Positions 48,188 to 62,047 of a stretch of 64,000 nucleotides of DNA are shown here, in pieces. The notes under the pieces were generated by a model, which searched no databases, was not told where the DNA came from, and was given only the letters and a program-made list of their open reading frames with translations. Location of the stretch: assembly GCF_026571515.1 (NCBI RefSeq), contig NW_026866227.1, positions 62,001 to 126,000 of the forward strand. The letters are read 5' to 3'. The position numbers and the translations under genes are program-made. Within the stretch, counting starts at the first letter, position 1; each line of letters begins with the position of its first letter. The stretch comes from Ruditapes philippinarum (taxonomy: Eukaryota).

Positions 48188-49170
48188 TCTTGTAAATCTG
48201 AAAATATAGAAAAACAATATCTGAAATGTTTTAAAAATAAGTCATTGCTACCTGTCTTGAGCGGGAGTACATAGTCCGATATTATGACATAATTAAATAT
48301 CATATGTAAAAGAACATTCCAATTAAAGTTAGAGAAAGATCGTATTCGACGGTGTCGTTTATGTTGTGTCGCCTTGAAAAAAGATGACATATAGGGATTC
48401 CTTTTGTCAGCGGTGTCGTTGTCGGCTTTGGGGGCGACGGTGTCCCAATAGACTTGTCTGGAGAATAACTCGGTCACTTTAAGTCGGATTGACTCCAAAC
48501 TTTGTATGCATGCTTCTTTTAATAACCTGAAGAGCAGTGCACAAGAAACGTTAATCTGCACTTCTTTATTTTTGAGTTATTGCCCTTTGATAATTGTCTT
48601 ACTTAATAGGCTTGTGAAGAGCGTAACTTGGTCACTATAAGTTCGATTGACTCCAAATTTGGTATGTAAGCTTTTTTCATTGACCTTAAGTGCAGTGTTT
48701 AAAACTCCACCACATAGTTTTCCATTTGATTGGTCAGTGTAAAAACTTTTCCGTGGTATTTTTATTTTTGATAATACAACAGTTTTACTAATCCCGATGT
48801 AATATTGTTACAATAAGTTCAAATGCCACTAAAGTTCAAGGTACATGCGCATTGTAAGAGCGGTGTTAATAAATAACATATATTTAAGAAGAAAAAGCCT
48901 AAGTGACAGCTATACTGTTCAAAAGGCGACACATCCGACTAGTTCAAGTTTTAATAATACGCACCCACTGTTGTTTATAATGTTAAATACGCAGTTGACA
49001 TTATTTAATAATACTTTGGTTACTTGTTAAATACTTTATGTAAACTAATACAAGGGGCAATTTTGTGCCGTGGAGGTTGACTATACATTAAATGAGCATG
49101 GTTTTGTTCTCTAAAGTTTTTCATTTATTTACGCTAATTTGATCGACTTTTATGTACTTAAATAGATGTA

Positions 49171-50458
49171 CAGTAAACTTCACTTATAGCGAACACGGAT
49201 ATAGCGAACTTCCGGTTATAAGGAACAATTTATTTTGGCCCGAATTTTGCCCTTCTTTATTTAATATAAAAATATACGGTTATTGCGAACACGGTTATAA
49301 GGAATTATCGCTTATAAGGAACTCATTTCTTAGTCCCAATTTGGTTAAAAGTACAGAAAATTACACTTTTATAACGAACTCCAAAATACAGGCTATCCGT
49401 AAATAGAACCCGCATGTTTCGTTTTCATTGGCGGCCGAATTTACCGTTTATTGTTGAATGAACTTCAATACATCTATGAAAATGAATTAGTAAAAAAGTA
49501 CGTAATAGTTTTCTATTTAGGATATTTTAGCATGAGTTCTTTTCACCAAAATAAAACGGTTATTCCTTTAATTCTTCTATTTATTTTTTCTTAAATATTT
49601 TTGCTCGAGTAGAATAATTATGATAATTTATAATCCGTTTTTTTAACATAATCAGCATGCTTGCAAGCATACTCCATTGAAAACTTTAAAGAAGGCTCGA
49701 TTGAAATGGAAAGAAATCTACATATTTTATCAGTTAAAGCACGGATTTATATTATAAATCCGTGGTTAAAGTCACCCTTAAAATATAAAAGAAGATATTC
49801 AATATGAAAGGAATGAAAAATCGAAAATCTTGTTTATTCTTAATCATGGAAGGAAAACGAAAAGCCCAGGACCCGTGTTTACAAATATTAAAGGATTAGG
49901 ATCAAATTTAAAAGCTCTATTTTTCTTCATTTTTTATCCTTATAGATTAAATATCTAATATTAATTTGATAAAACTGGACTTGTACTAGCAAATTAATGA
50001 AATTTTAGAATAAATTTATTGTTATTTGTACATGATACGGCTATTTTTCAGTTGAACCAAATATTGATCCTGATCCTAAAATTGATCCTTATTTTGATCC
50101 GAATATTTTTGTACATGTATTTGATTTGTTATTTGTAAATAGTTTGGTTTCTCTGCAAATCAGCAATTTTTAATATTTTGAATATTTACCATTTAAGTCT
50201 AGCAAAACACGTTAAATTCTAGAAACATAAAACAATGAAAATAAAATCAGGATCACTTGATCCTGCATGAGCATGATCTTTTCTTTGTGAATCAAATGCT
50301 CTTCACAAAGGCGCACGATGGTAAACAATCAGTTCGTTATGTTATGTTAATCTGTTCGCTATACAAGGAACTAATTCGCTTTATGCTTAGAAGGAACTTC
50401 GGATATAATGAAAATATTATGAATGTCCCAATGAGTTCGCTATAAGCGAAGTTTACTG
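49171..50458. mobile_element. pogo/Tigger-type MITE specific to segment copy 2, with a nested element at ~49868-50115
   Basis: TIR TA|CAGTAAACTTCACTTATAGCGAAC ... GTTCGCTATAAGCGAAGTTTACTG|TA. The empty site ATAGATGTATAAAA in copy 1 (~27206) confirms TA duplication. Confidence 0.9.
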
Positions 50459-51655
50459 TATAAAAAACATGAATCCCTGGAGGTTGGGGGAACACTACAA
50501 TAAAAATCACTGCTAACATAAGATCAGGATGACAACCTGTAAATAAACCCCACAATAGATTTGACTCATCGTCGAACTCAAGCTAGACCACTGTATTGAG
50601 AGATAGACACTTAAACCACTATGCCATCTTGATCCTTTATTCTAAATTGAAACATATATTGATAATAGAAATTATCTTTCTTGCTTTACTTTCTAACTGA
50701 ACAGTTTTATCAGATTTATTCTCATTGATATCATACACGGCCATTTGCTGCTACTCCCTTTCACTGGCGAGGACTAGCAGGGACATTAAATTTTAGAGTA
50801 TCAAAACCTTGGTTCAAATCATGGCTCCACTCAGTGCTGACACTCATATGGTAAAATCCTCTTTAATTGACCATGCACAATAACTTGGCATAGCGTGAAA
50901 ACTTGTGTTTTCTTTCCCTGTTCTCGCCGTAAATATGTTTACAGGTGACAGGAGCATTACTTTATACTTGTGTTTTTCCTTACTTGTTCATGAAATCCAT
51001 CAGCTAAATTACTAAGTTGCTACATCTGTATTTTTCATAGATCAGACGACAGTTATTTCATTACAAATGTATATCGTCTTTACACTTAACGTTATTAATT
51101 TGCAATACTTTGACAGACTGGCCGGCCTCTGTACTGGTGGCAAAGGCTAACCATTACCGTTTCCAGTAGCTAAAAACTTAATGTTAATTTCCTTATTTCA
51201 ACTTTGTTACTATAAGTAATAATATGTAAATAAAACATCATTATATAAGTATATATAAACAACACAGTATTACATACCTCATTTCTTTCACCTTTATCCA
51301 GTTTGAAATATTATGTACAAGGAAGGTGTTTTCTTTAAGTCTGCGTTAAAAGGGAATTCACCAGGTTTTTACTTTCTCCCGTTTCAGTCTCTTATTTATG
51401 CATAATTATAAGAAAATCAAGATCCTTATCGTGAATTAGAAACATGGCTTTACAATTACAATAAGATCACATGAAAGCGTGATAATTATAAATGATTATC
51501 TATTGTGTACAGGCATTGATAATTGTACACTATATTATATCTATGATGGATAATATCCCTGTAACTTTCTTTACTTTAAATCGATCAACAAATATAACGT
51601 ACAGTAAGTCTATAACTGATGTCAATCTAGTCATGGTTACACGGCTAATTTTATA

Positions 51656-53187
51656 CTACTCAACTGTTACTAAGCACCATATGTTTGAGTGTGAATTTTT
51701 TTTTTTGGATTTGTTCGAAAGGTTTTAAATGTCGATTTACTGTTTTATCAATTTAGCTGAATGACGAAGGTAACCCTATTAATGATTTTATTATTGATTT
51801 TGTGCTAGAGATGAGGATGAACCCGCCCCCTTTTTGAAGATTTCAGAACATATAGCGTGCTTTTCAAATTTGTTAAATTGGATGTTTTGTTTACAGTTTT
51901 AGACTAAATACCGTGTGTGTGAATCGTGTCTATCAGATGAATAAGCAGGCGAGTTCATGCGCTAAATAGAATCCTCTAGGATTGATCGCCAACTACTCCA
52001 GCATGCAACCTATTTGGTTGTCTTAGATGTCTGACCTGTCAATGTGCCTCTATTTAGAACAACAAGGTTGATTTGTCCATCTCAGCTGATGCCTCCCCAC
52101 ACCATAACTGAACAACATCTGTAGCGGTCATGCTCAGGAATATTTGCAGCCTGAAACTGTTCACCTCGTCTTCTCCAGACTCTAGCACGCTTATCCGTGA
52201 AGTCTAGGCAGAATGTAGACTCATCAGTGAACAGAAGGTGTCTCCACTGTTGCATGGTCCACTGTGTATGCTCCATAATCCATTCCAAACGGGCCTAACG
52301 ATGTCGACGCGTAAAGGGGATAGGTATGCAGGTCTTCACGACCGCAAATTACCTTCATGCAACCTTCTACATACCGTATGCGTGGAAACACGGACCGCCG
52401 CAGCATTGGTAAGGTCATTCCGAAAAAAAGTTGCTGTCTAAAACCTTCTACGACAAGTCTGAACGACCAAAACTGATCCTGAGCTTGTATTGTGACCCTT
52501 TGTTGACCTGCAACATGTTTCCTGGCTGGTGTATCATACAGCCGATATCTCTCTCAGGCTCTGGTGATAACGATGTGGTACACATCAAGCGCCGCACCAA
52601 CATGGCGGAAGTTGCCCCCCTGCTGCACCATCCCTACAGTCCTCTATAACTTCTCTTAAATGCTGCCTAATATTAGCATTCGTCATATTGAAGTGACAGA
52701 TGTAAGAAATGTAAGCCACTGAATGACAATAAAAGCCGGTAATGTCGCCGTATAACAAAAGACATGTGATTGTATACCCCATCATAAACATGAAAATATT
52801 GGGGTGCATGCTTTCCATGCTACCTGGACGAGTTGTTACGGATTAGTCAACGCGGATTCATGTCAAAATAGAGAAAGACAGAATCCCTAAAGAAATTCCA
52901 ACACGGAAGAATTTATTATGTTGTAGGCCCGGTTTGATCGAGCCTGTTCATGGACGGTATTGGTAAGTGCAAGTTATCGTCAACGCCCACTAGCACCGGC
53001 TTAACCTGAATTTAACATTTAAACGCGAAAAAGGTGAAATTTTGAATTAAGAAACATCTGCAGATGTGTTCATATGGCGGTTATCATGGCACATTGCAGA
53101 ATCAGAATTTTCGAAAATTGGAAAGAAATCTGTTTTATACTTGATAATATAAAAATTAACTTATGGTGCTTAGCTTAAGTTAAGTAG
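51656..53187 (-). mobile_element. Decayed Tc1 transposon, copy 2
   Basis: Same TIRs and position as copy 1. Fragment WRHLLFTDESTFCL..RVWRRRGE..VMVWGGIS (52082-52288). Different internal deletions. Confidence 0.88.
52865..53088 (-). mobile_element. Structured repeat family A copy inserted in Tc1 copy 2
   Basis: Orthologous to 30733-30953, so the insertion predates the segmental duplication. Confidence 0.85.
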
Positions 53188-53568
53188 TATATCTCTTTAT
53201 ACAAAACATAAAACTACGTATAATATCTCATTGATTTGTACAGCTCATTCTCTATACAAAACATGAAACAACAATTCATTTATTGTGATATTCACGTGTT
53301 GAAAATGCCCGGTTATTCCCCAATGTTATATTTCACCCAATCGAAAGATTTTTCTAAATTACACAAAATTACATGACACGTGAAATGGTAGGGCGTGTCT
53401 GGTAACTTGATACATTACTGTATCTGCTTTGTACGATGTCTACACTGTCCTTTCAGAATATAGAGCTACTGGAATACTACTGTAAAATTTATTTGAAGGA
53501 TTGAATTATCATGTCTTTCCGCCTGAATTAAACAGTGTTGCTTATAATCATATTTTGATAGATTGAAC

Positions 53569-54397
53569 ATGTCTTGCCGTCTGAATGTTATGGTGTTGGT
53601 CATAATCGTACTTTATGGAGATGCATGTTGCAGCACATGTTTCTTTGGAATTTGTTCATGGACGGAATGGAAAACAGTGTCAACTAATTGCGGACCTTCA
53701 TACTGTTGTCAACAAAGAGCGAGACAAATATGTTGTTTAGATATTGGATGGAGTCATGAGACGTGTAGTCGGTATTGTCCGGGATCACCAGATGGTTCTC
53801 AGTCAGGGACTGGAGATTCCAGTAAATTGACATGTAATCACTGCAGTAATGGCGAGTCTCTTCAATATTACGGACGGGCATGTGACTGCCTGCCAGGATA
53901 CTACGGAACATGTTGCCAATATGGTACGTTATTTAACATTTGTTAACATACATGATACTTTGATCTCTGGTTCTATCCAGAACTACGGGCTGGCCACTGG
54001 TGTAAAGCAAGCTTCTTATTCTAATAACTATCAATAGTATTTAGTGCGGTATTGAGAATGTATATTTTAGAAAAAATGTTGTTTATGGGAGACTGGTACG
54101 GCTGGTATTTGTTGAAAGGTAGGAACCTTCATATTAGTGAAGTCACAAAACGCAATGGTTGTTGATGTTTTTGGTGATATTTTATTCTTTTAAAGAACAA
54201 GAATTAGTGTTTAAAATTACCTTTGTCCGATAGGATTGTAGGATTTCAATTGCATCTGAACCCATTCACTTTGGTAAATCTGTCCTCTTTTACAATAATT
54301 TCAAACACTAAATTTGCCATGTAATTTGATGTTAATTTATTTTAATAAACACTTACTTATCCTAAGTAAAGTCTGAAATTGGTATTAAAGAAATGCA

Positions 54398-54429
<32 letters not shown>

Positions 54430-57400
54430 TAATTAATAAAAATTCAACATTGTATTTAGTTATCTGCATTAAATTTGAAAGTTGCTAGATTGTTATAGAT
54501 TATATCTAAGAGGGTTAAATGTTGATTTTTTAATCATCCCTTACAATAAATCAGGGTTTAATCTATTTTCATATTCATATCAGGATTTAATCTATTTATA
54601 GTCCAATCTTATGTTACAAAAATAAAAACCCTGTTGTCACAATACAATATGAAACTTCAATAAGAAGTAACCAATGAGCGAACATCTGAATATGATATTT
54701 CTATCGCGCTATCCCTTTCTCTGTTGTCACAATAAGTAAACCCTACCATGCTCTGCTATGAAGTGTGGGTAACTAATACCTGTAATCCAGTTAACGCACT
54801 GTGCATGTATATTTCTGACACATTTTCAACAGAAAGGTCCAAAACTAGGATACAATTATGCAACAGAAAGACCATCGAAACACAAGGCTATCTGATTTGT
54901 ACGAGGGAGGTAGTCCCCGAGTATAAATCAGTTTTCCGAGTGTTTAGACGTTCTTTCTCCATTGATGCCAATGTGTTCCCTGTTGTCACAATATGAAACT
55001 CCAGAAAAAAGTAACCAATGTACGGGCATCTGAATATAACATTTCTATTGTTATCCCTTTCTTTATCGTTACATTAAGTAAACTAATATCAATGAGCATG
55101 CTCTTAAATGCAGCACTCAAGGTTACGCACTTTGTGTATATGTATACGATTTAACTTTGACACATTTTCAACAGAAAGGTCCCCAAACAATGATACAATA
55201 TCTTTTATTGATAATGTATTCTTTGTTTGATATGTCAGTCATTTATTGCAATAGAGACATACGAGTGCAGCAGCTCACTGTGTCTGAATGGAGGCACATG
55301 TATAGATAAAGTCAATGGATTCTTGTGCGAGTGTCCACCTAGACACTATGGAACATATTGTGAAACTGGTAAGTGGTGACGAGTTTTAGAATCAGTTGGT
55401 TATATAAAAAATGTTTAATTTCAGACTACATACAAGCCATTATGAAGATACTTGTATGTATGATCTATTTTCAAAAAGTATACTTCCTCTGTTTTTATAT
55501 ATTTAAATTCCATCCGATTTATGTTCATTTAAAAAAACACTTAAAAAATCACACATGGATAATGTAATCACTAGTAAAACTTTTCTTCCCCAAAGTAATT
55601 ATTCCTTTTGAAATTTAGATTCCAGTTTTTTTTCAACATTATCATCTACAAATTAATTATTTTGTACATCAAATTAATTAATTTGTCTATTATTGTTCCT
55701 GTAAAGTCAGTTTTTTCCACAATAGACAATATTATTACTTTTTTTCAATACCTAAAGTAAATGAACAACCTAAACTTGTTTAACGAGAACTTAATCTTAA
55801 TTAGTCTGGCCATTCGTGGTCACTTTAAAACAAAAGATAGTATATGAATGCAAATCAATACAAGCATATTTTTTCAGATATATGTCAAACTTTTCTAAAG
55901 TACTGTTATAGTTTTTTTTTTGATCCTCGATCATATTAAATACAGGTCGACTGAGGATCAATGTTTAAAAAATGAGCTACTAATTTTGGGGTTTTTTTTT
56001 GAGGAAATTATTATATAGGTTTTCCATAAATTACTTATTGGAAAATAATTACAGGGTAGGTTGGTATCTATTAAAATACATACAGACATTACAACTGAAT
56101 CAGTACTTTAAGTATTTTTTGGCCCGAGTTAAAGAAGCCGTAAGAAAGGTACAATACAAACCTTCAAACTTCAGTTAGCTGAGAGGATGCTAATTGCATT
56201 GGAGGTGTTGGGTGCGTGGTCTCATATCTGGCCCTTTGAAAAAGTAGGCTAAACGGTTTTCCCTTTTCTAATGCAGACGGATTGCTTATTTCCGGACGAA
56301 TAAAAGCAAAGACAAGAAAGCCGCTTTTAAGCTGGAAAGGCAAACCCTTTTGATTGGCGAGGTTGTTTGGCCATGTAGGTCTCGTATTTATTTTGACAAA
56401 GAACATCTTAGAATTCTATTCAAAATATTTACAATATGTCCTTAGAAGATTTCCCTAAATAATATTAAAAAGCTTGTCTTAAATTTTCTGTAATTGAAAG
56501 TAAAGCCATGATTCGACCCCAAAAAGTAAAGAAATGAATTTTGCACTTGACCTAAGTAATAAACATAGATGTACGTTTTTCCCATCATAAAAACGGTAAA
56601 AGATCCAAGTATAGCCAACAGCCAAAATTGAAAAATGTGAGGGCGGTTTAATTGAGCCGTTCATGGACGGTACTGTAATGAAACTTCTAAAACCACTTGC
56701 ACTGCTCAAGCAGATTTAAATTCACGAACTGGTACTTTTGAATTTTATCTCTGCAAGAAATTTATTCCGTGCAAAGCTTACGGAAATGTGAATATCTACT
56801 TCATTGCCAGCCTTCGTGAGCTGTTTAGAATAATGAGGATGTGGTGCACTGAAGGTTTACTGTTAACTAGTAAAGGGAAAAACAGTCCGGAATTGTTTTA
56901 TACTGTTGCTTCATGTTGACTCAAAACTCAATATCTAACACAACACTATATATACTTGAATAGGAAGAGCTAATTATTGCTTATACGAAGAAAACATTCC
57001 CTAAAATTTATTTCATAAAATACATGATCATATTTCGGATTTTAAAATCATGGACATGTCTATTGCTTAACTTGGCACGTTGAAAGGTAGAATAGTTGCC
57101 AAGAAGGTTAGTTTACATGTGATTTACCCGAAAATGTTAACTGACAAACGAACAATGCAGCGAAATTTTGTCCAACCATGTTCAAAATATTCAACGCACT
57201 GTACACAATAGTACAACAGCTCGTGCAGCTCACGTGTGACGGTATGTATTAGTTATATCATTAATTTGTTTTTAGTTTATAAAGCTACCCTATACTTAAA
57301 CATTTGTTGTGAAAGCACAAGAACCAACAATACAAGACGTTTCTTTTAATAAGGTTGTAAATTTGTCCTATGAAATATCAGAACATAATTTTAAAAAGTA

Positions 57401-58170
57401 CATGTTTATGACCTTGTTTTAATTTGATAACAATTACAGATCATATAGTAAAACAGCATATTGTCGACTGATTGTACAATGATTGGATCATAAAAATGAG
57501 CATGTCTTATTTCAGTTTTGTTTGTTTTGGTTTTTTCTTTGTAGAATGTTCGTGGAAGACCTCTTCTAATATTGTGTTTCTCCTTGATACATCCCACTCT
57601 ATGACAAACGAAAATTTTCAGCTTGGTTTGGATTCTATAAAATACATCACAGAACAAATTACTGCAACTGAGTCAGAGAACAGCACCGTGGACGTTTCAC
57701 TAGTACTTTATGGTTACAAACTAGAAGTAAAGAGAGCATTAAACGACCAAAGTCCAAAGACAGACTTTCTGTACCAACTTCAAGCCCTTGAGTTAGCTGA
57801 GGGATCTTGTAACATTGGAGGTGATGGGTGTCCAGATGCAGATCTAAGTCTAGCTTTAAACTATACCGTACAAAACGTGTTTGATCCCCATACAGTTTCA
57901 ACTAATGACAAGACGTGACTTTATCATTGTTCTAACCAATGGTAGACAGAATATAAGTGAGACAATAAACAATGAAGCTGACTTTGTTAAGGGAACAGGC
58001 AAGACCATTCTTGTTGTGTCGCTAGGTACTGCTAAACATATTACGGACCAACGATGTAGGTCTCGTATTTGCAGTTTTGGACAAAGCATCATTGTCAGTC
58101 TTAGATATTCTAGTTTCAGAAATATTTTACAATATATGTGACCTCACGAACGATTTCCCTAATAACGATT
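53569..58170 (+). pseudogene. Cys-rich/EGF/2xvWA gene copy 2; exons 1-2 intact, exons 3-5 disrupted as assembled
   Basis: Exon 1 53569-53923 and EGF exon 55255-55368 are clean with GT-AG sites. vWA1 exons (~55879-56380, ~57085-57241) are riddled with indels. The last exon (57545-58170) frameshifts near 57910 and 58045. May be an assembly artefact. Confidence 0.6.
54397..54429. repeat. (CT)n microsatellite
   Basis: Directly visible; absent at the homologous site in copy 1. Confidence 0.9.
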
Positions 58171-58329
58171 AAAATGACTATGTATGTATATAGGTATTTT
58201 TTCTGTAAGCTTTGAATGTCAAGCTTTCGCTGTATTCGACTGTGCTCTTTTTCAAAAAGTAAAAGAAATGAATTTTGCAGTTGACACTGAGAATAAATCA
58301 TAGATGTACGTTATTGTAGATCCCATCTA

Positions 58330-58525
58330 AAATACGGTAAATAAGAATCCCTAAATAAAGCCCAACATGGCAAAATTGAAAATGTTGCAGGCTCGGTTTA
58401 ATTGAGCCTGTTCATGGACGGTACTGTCAAGTGAAAACTACCGTCTATACCCCTAGCACCGGCTCAAGCAGAATTTAACATTCAACATGAACTGGTACAA
58501 TTTTGAATTTTATACCTCTGCAAAG
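58330..58525 (-). mobile_element. Structured repeat family A copy at the right boundary of segment copy 2
   Basis: AAAATACGGTAAATAAGAATCCCTAAA..GCAGGCTCGGTTTAATTGAGCCTG..GGACGGTA..TACCGTCT. Its CATGAACTGGTA continuation is shared with the 16620 copy. Confidence 0.85.
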
Positions 58526-58869
58526 AATATTTTATTCGCGTGAAAGTCAAATGTTGACATATTCAACATAATGCATTGCCTAATGGGCCTCTTGATGTCT
58601 GTCTTTAGGTCAAATGGGATCGTGTTGATGCATTTAATATGATAGGTTTTTGTTTACTGTTAATAGCTATCAAAATGGTGAAACACAAGATCCAAAAGGA
58701 ATTGTTTTATACCTGATAATAGCTCTACATGTAAATGCAAACTCAATAACAAAGTCAATATCTATATCATGCATGTTACACTATATGAGTAGGCTTGAAG
58801 TAGGTAGAGCTTAACTGTATTGCTTATAATGAAAGACACCACGACAGTTACCATCCCGACAATATAATG

Positions 58870-59100
58870 TCCATTCCCGGGGCTGGCCAATAAAATTAAT
58901 GATCAGTATTTCGGACGAGACTTAAAAATCTAGGTTCTGTGTATGAGTGCTTAACTTCTTGGCACGTTAAGGAACCAGGAGAAGCTTTTGGAATTGTGGC
59001 AATTTTCTGAATCTGTATCTATCCTCCAAAATACTCTTCTGGAGGACTCGCACATATGGTCACACGGTGGTGAGTATTAATAAACTCAACACACACACAG
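58870..59100 (+). mobile_element. SINE remnant (V-domain-like) with (CA)n tail
   Basis: TTCGGACGAGACTTAAAAATCTAGGTTCTGTGT...GGCACGTTAAGGAACC core and AATAAACTCAACACACACAC tail. Confidence 0.55.
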
Positions 59101-61007
59101 TTACCAACTTCGAAAGTCTTCTCAGTAGCTACATTAGATACTAAGCCTTTTGGGCAACAATTAGAATTAAATTAATCATGGACATTTGCCTTGAATAAAA
59201 TGTTCCGGCCTTAATGTGGCTAAATGACCTAATTGTGCACGAACGAACTTTGACATTTCAACAATGTATCAGGTTAGTAACCCTTTTGACTGACATCATT
59301 GTATCATTGTTTGCAGATTCATTTTTCGTTGAAATAACATTATTTCGACGTTGACGAATTAAAACACAACTATACCCATTATAATGCCTCCTATACACGT
59401 AAAAACGTGTGAACAATAATCGTTGACAGATTATAATTTATATCCAGAAGATATTGGATAGTTCACGCCGAAACCTAGAACTGAATTTTAAAGAAGAAGA
59501 AAAAAATAACTGACACCGAACGTTGCGGCAAATGTTCCACTCGGATAAAAATTCACTTGTCTTTAATATTTGTGTGTGTTTTAGTGTTTGCGTGTTTTGT
59601 CTTTAGCATTTCTTTTTTTTTTTAAATAAGTTTGTTTGAATTTTTTTCTTTATTAGTTTGTTTTTTGGCTTTTTTGTTTGTTTGCTTATGAGTATGTGAT
59701 ATTTTCTTCTTAATTGAAGTTTGTTAATGTGGTTAATGAATATGGATTTAAGTGAAGCAGATATATTTTTTTTATATTTAGTCATAAATGTTGTATATAA
59801 ATGTGAATGATTTAATTAGCATGTTTTTGAAATATGAAATAAATGGGAAGAAAACGAAAAAGAACCAAATATATCAAGATGTAGGAGAAACATTTTTAAA
59901 AGCCATCACAGTATCGGAAATATGTGCCGCAATCTGTTCCGAAAATTTATCTTAATATATCAATGCGTCAAAACCGGTATATATTGAAAGGAATTTTAAG
60001 TAAACTACAAATAAATGTGTACTGATATCTAAGTTACTAGATATTGATGTGCATTAAAGATAATAGTTTAAATCAAGGGACCGTACTGAAGTCTTTTGAG
60101 ATAACAGAACTGGAAAATTTCGTTTTTAAGATTTAAATATTTGTGCAAACCTTTAGATCATTTGCTCATTCCCTTTGATCCAAAATAATCATTCGTATTG
60201 TGCAAAATAAAATAATCTTTTTTATTTGACAAAATGACCTAAAATGAAAAGCATTTCAACTCTTTCAAACCAACAGTAGCGAAGCTTCGTCGAAATACAA
60301 TTGAACATTGGTTTGTATTGGATACCCTGGCAGTTTATCTATATAGCCTTGGTCTTTATAAAATACCATGTTTATACTGTAATGTTATAATCACGGGGGA
60401 GAAAGTGTTACACGAGGGATGGAGTTCTTATGATAACTTGTCAAGGAGTTCTTGTGATAACTTTCACGGAGTTCGTCGAAAAACTAATGTATACACTGCA
60501 AAAACATTTGTCAAAAATGGTAATTTTCATCTTTAGAAACTGAGTTTTAGGTGCTAAAATAAATTTTGATGATAAAGCTTACCTTACGTATTGTATTATG
60601 TGTCAAAAATTAATTCATAGTCCATTTTTCATCGCCTCTTGCTTAAAATCTGGTAGTTTTGAGTAAAATTTCCAAATTATTTGCCAATTCGCAAATATTG
60701 ACCTGTTTTTTTTTCAAGTCTTCATCCTTGCCATACATAATTACCTAATTATAATACAAAAGTGCAAACATAAAGCCCCGGCTCAAAAATTTATACCCGA
60801 TTTTTTCAAATGTCCCGGAGTTATTGTGATAACTCAAAATATGTCCTGGAGTTCTTATGAAAACTTTTGTTACGGTCAATGTGTTTCTTGTGCCAAATCA
60901 CAATTTGAATCTTCTATATATAGCTTTTTCGAAAACACACCCTTTTCTACATTTTGTTTGAAAAATCCAACTGCATTGGCCTTCTTTTATGGTATAAACT
61001 TTTTCAG

Positions 61008-62045
61008 GTGTTTAATTTCGACGAAACTGGCTGGTCAGGAAAAGAATGTGCAAGAGAAAAGGTAATTGGTCCAAAGTCTTGTCACATATATCAACAACAC
61101 TTTATGAGCAACGACCATGTGACTGCGCATCTATGCGTATCTGCTGACGGGACTTTCATCTCAACTATGATTATATATAAGGGATGTATGCAGCACCTCA
61201 ATTACAAAGAAGGTTTGCCAGGTAAAAAATGTCAATTTCATATTCTATAACCATGGTCAATCAATAAATGTTAATTCTCAGATTGTTATATACAAAAGTT
61301 ATCTGCGTGTTTATCGACTATGTTCTTTTGCCTCGCCAAATTTTATCCAATGTCGTGTAATGTATACTAGTGTCTTCTATTTAAATATCCGTGTAAACAA
61401 TGTAAAAGTGACTTTTCTTAAGAAAAATAAATTAGATTTTTCAATGTACACAGTACTTTTATGATATAATTTATACCCTTTATTTCAGGTTATTGGCTTT
61501 TCAGCGCTTCTGACAGTGGACATATGGACACCAGCATATTTCTTCAATGGTTCATTAAAGCCTTCTTACCCAATTGTGGGAAATACAGGCCAGTAGTCCT
61601 ACTTATGGACAATCATGAATCACATATATACTTGCCTCTAGTAGAAATTGCCAGGAAGGAAAATGTGATACTTGTTGGGCTACCATCCCATACAACGCAT
61701 TACTTACAGCCCTTGGATGTAAAAATAATAGGGCCATTAAATGATAAGGTGACCAGACTTGCCTTGAGTGTTGGTCTTGTGCGACCTGGCTGTAATATAG
61801 GCAAGTCTCGGTTACCTATATTGCTGAGCTATGCAATTGACCAGACTGCGCCGAGCTCTGTCAAGGAGGCATTCAGATTGGCTCGTATAATGCCAGTCAA
61901 TCCTGAAGTAATCGACGCCAGACAGCTTTTTCCACCAACCTTCCATATAGAGGAACGTGGAACAAACGAGGCCATTGCAGATATCATATTTTATCTATTC
62001 TACAATCTTTCAAATTTACGAGTAAAATATCAAATGAAACGATAA
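61008..62045 (+). mobile_element. pogo/Tigger (DDE_1) transposase catalytic domain split by a spliceosomal intron
   Basis: Exon 61008-61221 (VFNFDETGW..HVTAHLCVSADG..MIIYKG) splices GT-AG, phase 1, to 61489 (YWLFSASDSGHMD..FLQWF..LLMDNHESH..LPSHTTHYLQPLDV..FRLARIMP). N-terminal DNA-binding part not found intact. Confidence 0.8.
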
Positions 62046-62047
62046 TA

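Larger units (their letters stand above)
44250..58320. repeat. Segmental duplication, copy 2
   Basis: Collinear with 22340-35890; differs by copy-specific indels (MITE 49171-50458 present; 28583-29405 and ~31220-31795 absent). Confidence 0.92.
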
